A stretch of DNA of 64,000 bases from a bacterium BMS3Abin08 (GCA_002897935.1 BDTA01000058.1:5486-69485), one strand, 5' to 3'; shown: positions 55,139 to 64,000, counted from the first letter of the stretch. Numbers and translations are program-made. The notes: a model not told the origin generated them from the sequence alone.

Positions 55139-57010
55139 TCAGAGCTTAAGTTTAAGCCTCCTGTCGCCAATCTCCTCAGCAAGACCTGAAACCAGATCCT
55201 CCGGCAAGTAGGGACCGCTCTGTTCTCCGCCCCTTTTTCTCACCGGCAACAGTCCCGACTCTATCTCCTTGTCACCTATTATAACTGAATAGGGAACCTT
55301 TCTAACAGATACCTGTCGGATTTTGTAGCCCACTTTCTCATTTTCAAAGTAAGGCTCTGCCCGTATCCCTGAGCGTTTAAAACCACTGAGCACCTCCCCG
55401 GCAAACTCAATATGCCGCTCCGCTACCGTTATAACCGCCATCTGGACGGGTGCAAGCCACAGTGGAAAGGCCCCGGCATAGTGTTCTATCAGGATACCGA
55501 AAAACCGCTCCAGGGACCCCATAAGTGCCCGATGTATCATTATTGGTTTGTGTTCTTTTCCGTCAGCCCCCCGGTAGGTCACGTCAAACCGCTCCGGGTT
55601 GTTGAAATCCACCTGGATTGTGCTGCACTGCCACTGCCTCATGAGGGAATCCTTCACCTTGATATCTATCTTTGGTCCATAAAACACCCCCTCTCCGGGG
55701 TCTATTTCATAGGCAAGGCCCTTGTTATCAAGTGCCGTTTTTAAGGCATTTGTTGCTCTCTCCCAGCTATCAAGGGATCCTACGTACTTCTCAGGACGCG
55801 TGGAGAGATATATATCATACCGGTCGAACCCGAAGGTCCTCAGCACAAAGAGAGTAAAGTCGAGAACATTCAATATCTCTTCCTCTATCTGGTCTTCCCT
55901 GCAGAAGATGTGTGCGTCATCCTGGGTAAACCCCCTGACGCGCAAAAGACCATGCAGGACCCCTGAACGCTCGAAACGGTAGACCGTTCCAAGCTCTGCA
56001 TACCGGATGGGTAATTCCCTGTAACTCTTCAGACCGCTGTTGAATATGGCGATATGAAAGGGACAGTTCATGGGCTTTAACTCATAGTTGATACCCTCAA
56101 CCTCCATCGGGGAGTACATGTTCTCCCGGTAGAAGTCCAGGTGGCCGCTCTTCTCCCAGAGATTAAGTTTCGCAATATGGGGGGTATAGAGAAGCTTGTA
56201 GTCCGCCTTCAGATGCTCGTCCCTCCAGAAGTCCTCGATCGTCTTTCTGATGAGTGCGCCGTCAGGATGCCAGAGTATAAGTCCCGGGCCTATCTCCTCG
56301 TTGATACTGAAGAGGTCCAACGCCTTACCCAGCCTCCGGTGATCACGCTTCTTTACCTCCTCAAGGAAATCAAGATACTCCCTCAGTTGAGCCTTGTCAG
56401 TGAAAGCGGTACCGTAAATCCTCTGGAGCATCTTCTTCCGTTCATCCCCTCTCCAGTAGGCACCTGCGATACTGAGAAGCTTGAAGGCCTTGATATAACC
56501 GGTTGAAGGCAGATGCGGCCCCCTGCAGAGGTCAACAAAACCGTCCTCCTCGTAAACTGAAACATGATCGTCCTCAATCTCCTCAACGATCTCCACCTTG
56601 TAATCCTCGCCCGTTCTCCTGAAAAACTCATTGGCCTCATCCCTCCTGATATCTTTTCTCAGGAAGGGGGAGTTCTTTTTTATAATATCCTTCATCCTTT
56701 TTTCTATCTTCTCAAGGTCCTCGGGAGTAAGCGCCCTCTCCATATCAAAGTCATAGTAAAAACCCTCGTCGGTTGCAGGCCCTATCGCTACCATGGTTCC
56801 CGGAAAGAGATCCTTTACGGCATGGGCCATTACATGGGAGGTGCTGTGCCGGTAAATCTCAAGCCCCTCCGGCGAATCAAGAGGTACAGGCTCGATGACG
56901 GATTCATCAGAGAGGTCATTCACCGACGCCAGATCCCGCAATTGCCCCTCCACCTTCACGGCCACGGCCCTGATCTTACGCAAGAACTTCCGGAGTTCCT
57001 CTCCGGACAA
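55139..57010 (-). CDS. thrS: threonine--tRNA ligase
   Basis: 623 aa. Contains HRDHRRLGK, FRRE-like YRFERSG, and HRA..GS..R (present as HRALMGSLERF). Confidence 0.9.
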   Translation of the reverse strand: MSGEELRKFLRKIRAVAVKVEGQLRDLASVNDLSDESVIEPVPLDSPEGLEIYRHSTSHVMAHAVKDLFPGTMVAIGPATDEGFYYDFDMERALTPEDLEKIEKRMKDIIKKNSPFLRKDIRRDEANEFFRRTGEDYKVEIVEEIEDDHVSVYEEDGFVDLCRGPHLPSTGYIKAFKLLSIAGAYWRGDERKKMLQRIYGTAFTDKAQLREYLDFLEEVKKRDHRRLGKALDLFSINEEIGPGLILWHPDGALIRKTIEDFWRDEHLKADYKLLYTPHIAKLNLWEKSGHLDFYRENMYSPMEVEGINYELKPMNCPFHIAIFNSGLKSYRELPIRYAELGTVYRFERSGVLHGLLRVRGFTQDDAHIFCREDQIEEEILNVLDFTLFVLRTFGFDRYDIYLSTRPEKYVGSLDSWERATNALKTALDNKGLAYEIDPGEGVFYGPKIDIKVKDSLMRQWQCSTIQVDFNNPERFDVTYRGADGKEHKPIMIHRALMGSLERFFGILIEHYAGAFPLWLAPVQMAVITVAERHIEFAGEVLSGFKRSGIRAEPYFENEKVGYKIRQVSVRKVPYSVIIGDKEIESGLLPVRKRGGEQSGPYLPEDLVSGLAEEIGDRRLKLKL

Positions 57011-57100
57011 CTCCTTTGTTTCACCACCGTATAAGATCTTGATAGTAACCTCCCGTCATTATCAACCAAACTCCTAAAATGCCAATAACGCACTTAACAA

Positions 57101-57152
57101 GTCAAGCTCTCCGGCCAAAGGTCGGGGCTTGACAATGTAAGGAAAATTTGAT
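57101..57152 (+). repeat. truncated C-long repeat
   Basis: gtcaagctctccggccaaaggtcggggcttgac|aatgtaaggaaaatttgat. The internal roughly 90 bp of the 25926 copy are absent. Confidence 0.7.
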
Positions 57153-57306
57153 TAAATAGAGTCTGTGTATAAAGTCAACAATAGAGCCGTCATTCCCGCG
57201 GTCTGTTGGGCGGGAATCCAGTCTTTTCAGTAACTTCCGGATACCCGACTACAAACTTCGGGCATGACAAAAATAAAAAATGGCAGTTTGTACACAGACT
57301 CTAATT
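57153..57306. mobile_element. family-A MITE-like element (tandem pair, copy 1)
   Basis: TAAATAGAGTCTGTGTATAAAG ... GTTTGTACACAGACTCTAATTA. Hairpins are cccgcggtctgttgggcggg and cccgactacaaacttcggg. Confidence 0.75.
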
Positions 57307-57455
57307 AGAGACTGAGTATAAAGTCAGTCCCTCTGTCTGTCATTCCGGCAGTCCTTAAGCCGGAATCCAGTCTTTTCAATAAGTTCCGGATATCCCGAAA
57401 GCGTTCGGGGCATGACAAAAATAAAAAATGGCAATTTATACACAGACTCTAATTA
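57301..57455. mobile_element. family-A MITE-like element (tandem pair, copy 2; shares the TAATTA junction)
   Basis: TAATTAGAGACTGAGTATAAAG ... ATTTATACACAGACTCTAATTA. It is the reverse complement of the 28500-28653 type. Confidence 0.75.
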
Positions 57456-57511
57456 CATTCCTTGCCTTCATCCCGACCAGAGATCGGGGCTTTCGGCAAG
57501 GTGCATTGTAA
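57456..57511 (+). repeat. C-short repeat
   Basis: cattccttgccttcatcccgaccagagatcggggctttcggcaaggtgcattgtaa. Confidence 0.8.
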
Positions 57512-57774
57512 CAGACTTATAGTACCCTGATGCTGAAGTTGGTTTCTGTAAAGAAGAACAAAAATAAGAGAAATTATACACGATTCACTATATACTTTTC
57601 AAACAGAAGACCTGGTCCCGTCGTTGGAAACAACATAAATTATAAATAATACGGCAAGGAAGGGGCTTTCTTACTATGTGTGTATACCTAAGGATACTTC
57701 TTTTTCAGGTACAAACCTGGGGGAGCAGGAAGTCTTTAAACTCAAGCAAACCCCTCCTCAGCTCCTTATTTTGA

Positions 57775-57897
57775 TAATTCGAGTCTGTGTATAAATTGCC
57801 ATTTTTTATTTTTGTCATACCCGAAGTCTGAAGTCGGGTATCCGGAACTTATTGAAAAGACTGGATTCCGGCTTAAGGACTGCCGGAATGACAGATA
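57775..57897. mobile_element. family-A MITE-like element, right end truncated
   Basis: TAATTCGAGTCTGTGTATAAATTGCC ... ccggcttaaggactgccggaatgacagatagg. No right terminal repeat. Confidence 0.6.
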
Positions 57898-58172
57898 GGA
57901 AACCGCACTGGACGACATTAATCGGGAAGAACTCCATGGATATGATAATTTGGAGGACATCACCGGCGGCGGGGAGTCGTGGCTAACCGTCCCCGGAAAC
58001 AATGGACGTATCCGGACTTTAGAATCTGGATGAGAATGAAAACTCCCCGCTGCAGAGACGGCGGAGTATCGTTAGGTAGAGTTTATTAGATTTAAAAATC
58101 CCCCCTCGCCCCCCTTTGCTAAAGGGGATTATAGGGCTGAGTAGTTACGAAAATTGTATCTTTATTTTCGGT

Positions 58173-58398
58173 GTCATTCCGGCTTGTCCGGAATCCTTCT
58201 ACATTGTTTGGGACCACAAGAAAGATTCCGGACAAGCCGGAATGACGGAAAAACGACTACTGCTCGACTTTATATAGTCGTTTGTCATTCCCGCAAGCGA
58301 AGCACGTCGGGAATCCTTCTACATTGTTCGGGACCACAAGAAAGATTCCGGACAAGCCGGAATGACGGAAAAACGACTACTGCTCGACTTTATACACA
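58173..58398 (+). repeat. about 120-bp tandem duplication (2 units) of a family-A-derived sequence
   Basis: 58189-58276 and 58309-58396 differ at 2 of 88 positions. The first unit carries a ccggcttgtccgg hairpin where the second carries cccgcaagcgaagcacgtcggg. Confidence 0.85.
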
Positions 58399-58566
58399 GG
58401 TAACTACTCAGGTCTCCCCATTTGAAAGGGGGGGTTATAAGGAAACCCCACAGCAGAGACCTATGGCGATGCAAGCTATGATTATGCCGACTCCATCCGT
58501 TAGAAACCGGATGAGAATAAAATCACACCTGTCATAATCTGCAGTATTAATGATATAATTTTCACC

Positions 58567-59328
58567 ATGTTGGAAGCCATAATCCTCGGTATAGTCCAGG
58601 GGCTTACGGAGTTTATCCCTGTGAGCAGCACTGCACATCTGATTTTGATCCCGAAACTCCTTGGCTGGGGAGGCACCGTCAATTCCCTGAGTTTTGATAT
58701 CGCCCTCCACGGGGGCACATTACTTGCCCTCCTCATCTATTTCCGGAAGGACATTATCAGTTTTTTAACGAAAGAACACTATATGCTCGTCACATTACTG
58801 TTAGCCACAATCCCGGCCGGGGTGGCCGGGGTCCTGCTTAAGGACATAGTGGCCACCAACCTGAGAAAACCCTATCTGATAGCAGTAAGTCTTGTAATCT
58901 TCGGTCTTTACATGCTTGCTTCAGAGAGAAAGCGGGGACAGGGTACGATGAAGGACATAAAGATAAAGGATGCCCTCCTTGTGGGAATTGCACAGGCCGT
59001 TGCGCTCTTCCCCGGTGTATCGAGGTCGGGTATAACAATATCCACAGCCCTCTTTCTTGGGATCGACAGGAGTGATTCCGCAAGATTTTCATTTCTTCTC
59101 TCTATACCCGTTGTTGCAGGGGCGTCACTCCTCGAATTAACCCATATCATCAAGGCAGGTTCAGACTATAATCTTCCGGTGTTCCTATCCGGATTTATAG
59201 CCTCAGCCGTTACAGGATTTCTTACTATAAAATTTCTCCTGTGGTTCTTCAGAAGGTTCTCTCTCAGGGCCTTTGTTTACTACAGATTCACCCTTGCTGT
59301 TATAATACTATTGACGTACCTGATGTGA
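58567..59328 (+). CDS. uppP: undecaprenyl-diphosphate phosphatase (BacA/UppP)
   Basis: 253 aa. Contains GIVQGLTEFIPVSSTAHL and FPGVSRSGITIS. Confidence 0.9.
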   Translation: MLEAIILGIVQGLTEFIPVSSTAHLILIPKLLGWGGTVNSLSFDIALHGGTLLALLIYFRKDIISFLTKEHYMLVTLLLATIPAGVAGVLLKDIVATNLRKPYLIAVSLVIFGLYMLASERKRGQGTMKDIKIKDALLVGIAQAVALFPGVSRSGITISTALFLGIDRSDSARFSFLLSIPVVAGASLLELTHIIKAGSDYNLPVFLSGFIASAVTGFLTIKFLLWFFRRFSLRAFVYYRFTLAVIILLTYLM

Positions 59329-59333
59329 TTACC

Positions 59334-61385
59334 ATGGCACAGAACATAAAGAGGATCAAGGAAGAGGTCCTGGGAATTCTGCTTGTGCTTTTCAGTATTT
59401 ATGTTGCCCTCAGCCTCTTCAGTTACACAAAGTGGGATCCGTCCTTCTTTACCGCCGGCAGCAGCACCACCAGGAATTATGGTGGGTTAGTCGGTTCATA
59501 TATGGCAGACACCATAATCAGCCTTGTCGGACTGACATCCTACCTCCTCCCTTTCTGCCTGATAATATATGGTATCAAACGCCTCCTCGGCAAGGACAAG
59601 AGAAGAGAAATCTTAATCGGAACAATACTGCTTTTAATCGCAACCCCCATTCTTATGTCCCTCATCGTTAAGACCTTCGGGCTCAGATCACCGTTCCATC
59701 CGGGCGGGCTGTTGGGCTATGAAACATCGAATCTCCTGGTGAGGTTTCTTTCTCTCCCGGGAGCCTATATATTCTCACTCTCTATTTTCTTCTCCTCCCT
59801 GATAATAATGAGCCCGGTCCCCACATCGGATTTCATTGGAAAGATCCTGAGCAGGAAGCCCGGGGGTTCTCCACCGAAAAGAAAGATCAAGGTCGTTGAA
59901 GAGCATCACACATCCCTCAAGGATGAGGACACCTTCCGTGAGCCCCTTGCAACCCCATTGTTCAAATCACAGCCTTCCGGACACAAAGAAACGAACCGGT
60001 CGAAGGCATACAGGATCCCGCCTGTCGAACTGCTCTTACATTACGAAAAGTCCAAAAAACCCCCCAGGGATGAAATATTTGAACGGGCAGGCCTTCTCGA
60101 AGATAAATTCAAGGATTTCAATATCACAGGGAAGGTAACGCAGGTCCATCCGGGCCCTGTAGTGACAATGTATGAGTTCGAACCATCCCCCGGCATAAAG
60201 ATCAGCAAAATCGTCTCCCTTGCGGATGACCTCGGCAGGGCACTTGGCGGGCTTAGTATACGTATCTCGTCAATCCCCGGCAAGACACCCCTGGGGATCG
60301 AGGTCCCCAACAAGCACAGGGGAGTGGTAGCACTGCGGGAGATCATCGATTCGAAAAACTTCCTGAAAAGCCAGGCCAGGCTTACACTGGCAATCGGGAA
60401 GGATATCTATGGAAGACCCATTGTTTCCGACCTTACCCGTATGCCCCACCTCCTCGTTGCCGGGACAACAGGTTCCGGTAAAAGCGTTGCCATCAGTTCA
60501 ATGATCATGAGCATAATCTACAAGGCCACACCTGAAGAGGTGAAGATGCTGATGATCGATCCCAAACTGCTTGAACTCTCCACGTTCGACGGCATTCCAC
60601 ACCTTGTAAGCCCCGTTGTCACCAATCCAAAGGAGGCAACGCTGGCACTTAAGAAAATGGTAATGGAAATGGAGCAGAGATACAGACTGATTGCCGGAAA
60701 GGGCGCAAGGAATATAGAAAACTTCAACAAAAATGTCCCCGACGAGGAGCGTATACCCTACATCGTCGTAATAATCGACGAACTCGCCGACCTCATGTTT
60801 ACAGCTTCCAAGGATGTGGAAGACTCCATTGTCAGACTCGCACAGATGGCCAGGGCATCGGGAATCCATCTCATCGTTGCAACCCAAAGGCCCTCTGTCG
60901 ATGTAATAACCGGCATCATCAAGGCAAACTTTCCCACCCGAATGGCCTTCCAGGTATCTTCAAAAGTGGACTCGAGGACAATCCTCGACAGCCACGGTGC
61001 AGAACATCTTATAGGAAAAGGAGACATGCTTTTGATGACACCCGGGGCAAGGATAACAAGGCTCCACGGTGCTTATGTATCGGAGGAGGAGGTCAGAAAT
61101 GTAACCAACTTCATAAAATCCCAGGCAGAGCCGGACTTTACGATGTTTGAAGCAATAGAAATCGAGAGTGCCGAGTCCCGGGCAGATCATTCAGGTGAAA
61201 AGGACGAACTCTACGACCAGGTGATAGAGTATGCAGCATCCGTAGGAGAGATATCAATTTCATCGATTCAAAGAAGGTTCAAAATAGGATATAATAGGGC
61301 CGCCCGTATGATGCAGCTGTTCGAGGAAGCCGGCCTCGTGGGTCCGCCTAAAGGCGCAGGCAAGCCGAGGGATTTCATAAGATGA
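59334..61385 (+). CDS. ftsK: DNA translocase FtsK
   Basis: Start at MAQNIKRIKEE (ATG 59334, just after the uppP stop). Four N-terminal TM helices, Walker A GTTGSGKSV, and a gamma-domain winged helix (ISISSIQRRFKIGYNRAARMM). Confidence 0.9.
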   Translation: MAQNIKRIKEEVLGILLVLFSIYVALSLFSYTKWDPSFFTAGSSTTRNYGGLVGSYMADTIISLVGLTSYLLPFCLIIYGIKRLLGKDKRREILIGTILLLIATPILMSLIVKTFGLRSPFHPGGLLGYETSNLLVRFLSLPGAYIFSLSIFFSSLIIMSPVPTSDFIGKILSRKPGGSPPKRKIKVVEEHHTSLKDEDTFREPLATPLFKSQPSGHKETNRSKAYRIPPVELLLHYEKSKKPPRDEIFERAGLLEDKFKDFNITGKVTQVHPGPVVTMYEFEPSPGIKISKIVSLADDLGRALGGLSIRISSIPGKTPLGIEVPNKHRGVVALREIIDSKNFLKSQARLTLAIGKDIYGRPIVSDLTRMPHLLVAGTTGSGKSVAISSMIMSIIYKATPEEVKMLMIDPKLLELSTFDGIPHLVSPVVTNPKEATLALKKMVMEMEQRYRLIAGKGARNIENFNKNVPDEERIPYIVVIIDELADLMFTASKDVEDSIVRLAQMARASGIHLIVATQRPSVDVITGIIKANFPTRMAFQVSSKVDSRTILDSHGAEHLIGKGDMLLMTPGARITRLHGAYVSEEEVRNVTNFIKSQAEPDFTMFEAIEIESAESRADHSGEKDELYDQVIEYAASVGEISISSIQRRFKIGYNRAARMMQLFEEAGLVGPPKGAGKPRDFIR

Positions 61386-61441
61386 GGTAGAACCGAAGAG
61401 GTTGGAGAAGCTTAAAATTTATACTAAAGGAAGTAGAGCTT

Positions 61442-62176
61442 ATGGATAAGAAAAGGTATATACTTATAGTACTTGTAGCGATTGTGTCAATTATCTATTC
61501 AGCAAACGCAGACGCGGCAGGGCAGACCCCTAATGCCTGTATAACATGTCACGAATCACTTGGAGGTAAACTTGCAAAGCCCGTTTCAGAGTGGAAAGGC
61601 TCAATTCATCAACAGAATGGAATTACATGTGATTATTGTCACGGAGGAAATGCGGATGTCGATCTCGGGAATATAAAACAACTGTCCCAACAGCAATTTG
61701 CAGCCAAGCGCGCACTCGCAATGTCAAAAGCCGGCGGCTTCATCGGCATACCTTCAGGAAAGGCAATGTTTGATACCTGCAGACAGTGTCACAGCGATTC
61801 CGTTGACAGATACGAAAACAGTATTATGGGCAAGGCGTATCTCGATAACAAGGGCGGGCCTTCGTGTGTCACCTGCCATAAAGCTCATCATAATTCCATG
61901 CCGGTTGTTCCAAAGGTATGTGAGAGCTGCCATAAAGATACGGCCGGGTTTGATCAGATAGACCCGATGAGTGTTAATAAAACGACTATTACCACACTTT
62001 CAAGGATAAGGATAGAACTCGCCGAGCAAAAGGCAAAAGGCAATAAACCTCCTCTGATCCCCGAGTTCCCGGAAGAACTCGGTGCTTTCCAGATAGGGTT
62101 TGTTGCATTTGGTGCTGTTCTTGTTCTATTCATCATTGGTTATATCACTTACATTCTACTGGAGAAGAGGAGGTAA
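61442..62176 (+). CDS. pentahaem c-type cytochrome with signal peptide and C-terminal membrane anchor
   Basis: 244 aa. Five CxxCH motifs (CITCH, CDYCH, CRQCH, CVTCH, CESCH). N-terminal signal ending ANADA. C-terminal helix FVAFGAVLVLFIIGYITYILL. Confidence 0.8.
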   Translation: MDKKRYILIVLVAIVSIIYSANADAAGQTPNACITCHESLGGKLAKPVSEWKGSIHQQNGITCDYCHGGNADVDLGNIKQLSQQQFAAKRALAMSKAGGFIGIPSGKAMFDTCRQCHSDSVDRYENSIMGKAYLDNKGGPSCVTCHKAHHNSMPVVPKVCESCHKDTAGFDQIDPMSVNKTTITTLSRIRIELAEQKAKGNKPPLIPEFPEELGAFQIGFVAFGAVLVLFIIGYITYILLEKRR

Positions 62177-62177
62177 C

Positions 62178-62441
62178 ATGGGCTTCGAGGTTATACAGGA
62201 AAAGAAACCCACATATTCAGGGGGCGCCATGATTGCAATTGTGCTCCTTTCCATTATACTGCTTGGTATTGGTGTTGTCTTTGCCTATCTCCTTATATCA
62301 GGCAGGGGTAATGATTACATAATGGGCACACTGCTATCTTTTGAATTCCTGATTGCAGGCATTGAGGTCGTTATCTTTGCAAGATACTTTATCGCATTCA
62401 GAGAGGTATCGGAGGACCGTGAGGAGGAGTTATTATGGTAG
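62178..62441 (+). CDS. 87-aa two-helix membrane protein (putative small subunit of the bc-type complex)
   Basis: ATG at 62178 preceded by aggagg. The sequence MGFEVIQEKK...AMIAIVLLSIILLGIGVVFAYLLI...FLIAGIEVVIFARYF follows. The track's longer ORF (62100) overlaps the cytochrome gene. Confidence 0.5.
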   Translation: MGFEVIQEKKPTYSGGAMIAIVLLSIILLGIGVVFAYLLISGRGNDYIMGTLLSFEFLIAGIEVVIFARYFIAFREVSEDREEELLW

Positions 62442-63049
62442 CTGGAAACACTGAAAATAAAGAGGATAAAACAGGGATAACACGCAGGAGGTTTACTCTT
62501 GGTGCAATCATTGTGTCTATTGCAGGTGCATTCGCTTCTCTCCTGTCGCTCCTTAAAGTTTTATCACCGGAAAAGAAAGGCAGCGGTTATGTATCAACCA
62601 TTAAACCTGGAGACAGGCTTGTTTATGCAAAGGGCGCCAACACAGGAGATTTCATAAAGCTTTCATCACTGAATGTTGGTGATGCCGTGCTTGCTTACCC
62701 GACAGGTAAAACGTCAAATCCTGCAAACCTTGTTCAGCTGATTAAATTAGATGAAGAAGTATATAAAGCACCTACCAAGATTAAACTTACGGATCAGGGC
62801 CTTGTAGCTTACAGCGCAATATGTACGCATCTCGGATGTACTGTTTCCTGGGTAGAAAATCAGAAATCACCCGACACCTCGTACACGGAATGCTTCTGTC
62901 ATAACAGCATATTCGATCCCACAAGAGGTGCAAAGGTTTTAGGTGGCCCGGCACCAATTCCTCTCGCTCAGATCGGTATTAAAGTAAGAGACGACGGAAC
63001 ACTTGTCTTTACAAGCGATTTTACGGGGCCTATCGGGCCACAAGTATAA
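62435..63049 (+). CDS. Rieske 2Fe-2S subunit (Tat signal)
   Basis: 204 aa. Twin-arginine TRRRFTLGA. Cluster ligands CTHLGCTV and CFCHNSIF. Confidence 0.85.
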   Translation: MVAGNTENKEDKTGITRRRFTLGAIIVSIAGAFASLLSLLKVLSPEKKGSGYVSTIKPGDRLVYAKGANTGDFIKLSSLNVGDAVLAYPTGKTSNPANLVQLIKLDEEVYKAPTKIKLTDQGLVAYSAICTHLGCTVSWVENQKSPDTSYTECFCHNSIFDPTRGAKVLGGPAPIPLAQIGIKVRDDGTLVFTSDFTGPIGPQV

Positions 63050-63068
63050 GGAGGCGAGGTTAAATAAG

Positions 63069-64000
63069 ATGATCTTTAAATGGTTTGATGAACGACTGGA
63101 ACTCGGAAAATTCAAGGATAAATTTCTAAGCAAGACATTCCCGACTCATCCCACATTTTTAATCGGGGAGATAGCTTTGTTTTCTTTCATTACACTTGTT
63201 GTCACGGGAATCTTCCTCGGATTTCTTTATGAGCCTTCAACCAAGCTGGTCTCCCTGTTCGGTGCAATGGTTCCGTCAGCCTATGCGAGCGTTGTAAGGA
63301 TAGACCTCCTCCCCATGGGCATGATTATAAGACGGATACACCACTGGTCGGCAATGATAATGATAGCCGCTGTTCTTGCCCATCTTATGAGGGTTTATTT
63401 TACTTCGTCATACAGGAAGCCGAGGGAGATTAACTGGCTTATCGGACTCAGTCTCTGGAGTATATCAATGGGTGCGGCATTTACCGGTTATTTACTGCCG
63501 TACAGTAAATTCTCAGTGACGGCTACATCCATAGCCTATTACATGGCAAAGTCGGTGCCATGGATGGGAGACTGGATTTCAAGCCTGTTGTTTGCAGGCA
63601 ATTTCCCTTCAACCGGTACTGTACCGCGGTTTTTCTTTATGCATGTCATGTTAATCCCTACAATGCTTATAGGCCTCATCGCCCTGCATATGATAATACT
63701 GGTTAAACAGAAGCACACTGAACCGATGTCAAATAAAAACAAAAAGGCGGCAGCGGGAGGCAAGAGGCTTATCGGCATTCCAATCTGGCCGGAGCAGGCG
63801 GTCATCAGTATCTCCTTCTATTTCTTTCTATTGTTCATAATTACCCTGATCGCCACATATATCCCTTTGAACCCGATAGAAACCTATGGCCCGCCTTCGC
63901 CGGGAACGCCTGTCATGCGGCCCGACTGGTATTTTCTTATCGTATACGGTATCCTGAAGTTAATACCGGGCGACCTGTCATTTTCTATCCTTGGAGGTAA
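63069..64000 (+). CDS. cytochrome b subunit of a bc-type complex; 3' end outside the window
   Basis: Absent from the track because it has no stop. ATG at 63069. The sequence MIFKWFDERLELGKF...RRIHHWSAMIMIAAVLAHLMRVYF...GYLLPY...FFMHVMLIPTMLIGLIALHM contains the conserved bis-His haem b ligand pattern. Confidence 0.85.
   Translation, partial: MIFKWFDERLELGKFKDKFLSKTFPTHPTFLIGEIALFSFITLVVTGIFLGFLYEPSTKLVSLFGAMVPSAYASVVRIDLLPMGMIIRRIHHWSAMIMIAAVLAHLMRVYFTSSYRKPREINWLIGLSLWSISMGAAFTGYLLPYSKFSVTATSIAYYMAKSVPWMGDWISSLLFAGNFPSTGTVPRFFFMHVMLIPTMLIGLIALHMIILVKQKHTEPMSNKNKKAAAGGKRLIGIPIWPEQAVISISFYFFLLFIITLIATYIPLNPIETYGPPSPGTPVMRPDWYFLIVYGILKLIPGDLSFSILGG

Noticed and set aside
58154-58537. 127-aa ORF containing an internally duplicated peptide (ILLHC.GPQERFRTSRNDGKTTTARLY twice)
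   Set aside because: The duplication is simply the translation of the 120-bp tandem DNA repeat derived from an interspersed element. The ORF has no RBS, and the same DNA occurs elsewhere in both orientations.

Overview
This 64 kb chromosomal segment comes from an anaerobic dissimilatory sulfate reducer. The lineage guess (Nitrospirota/Thermodesulfovibrio-like) is low confidence and rests only on gene content and repeat style. The core is a minus-strand sulfate-activation supercluster: adk, sat, aprB, aprA, three uncharacterised genes, qmoA, qmoB, qmoC and the membrane pyrophosphatase hppA. The three uncharacterised genes are two paralogous CxxCxxCC/YkgJ-type cysteine-cluster proteins and an HsdR_N-like protein. 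Around this core are:
- housekeeping genes: rlmH, rsfS, nadD, hemE, hflX, pheS, rplT, rpmI, infC, thrS, uppP, ftsK and tRNA-Leu;
- a NitT/TauT-type ABC importer with two permeases and two ATPases;
- three signalling modules: a PhnD-like binding protein with a hybrid kinase; an OmpR/HK/PepSY-like set; and a haem-c sensor kinase with an NtrC-type regulator;
- two operons with near-consensus sigma-54 promoters: OsmC, DsrE-like, TauE and a PAS sigma-54 activator; and two small proteins plus an enlarged UPF0324/YeiH-like transporter;
- the start of a Rieske/cytochrome b complex preceded by a pentahaem cytochrome c.
Almost every long intergenic gap holds modular hairpin repeats and MITE-like elements. 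One family has the terminal inverted repeat GAGTCTGTGTATAAA flanked by TAATTA. A second family is flanked by CAAAATT. These repeats form tandem arrays, show a filled versus empty site pair, include one insertion inside the qmoB-qmoC spacer, and bracket hflX as a 140 bp inverted pair. All calls come from reading the sequence and the ORF track. No database search was run, so family names are motif-based and repeat coordinates are accurate to a few nucleotides.
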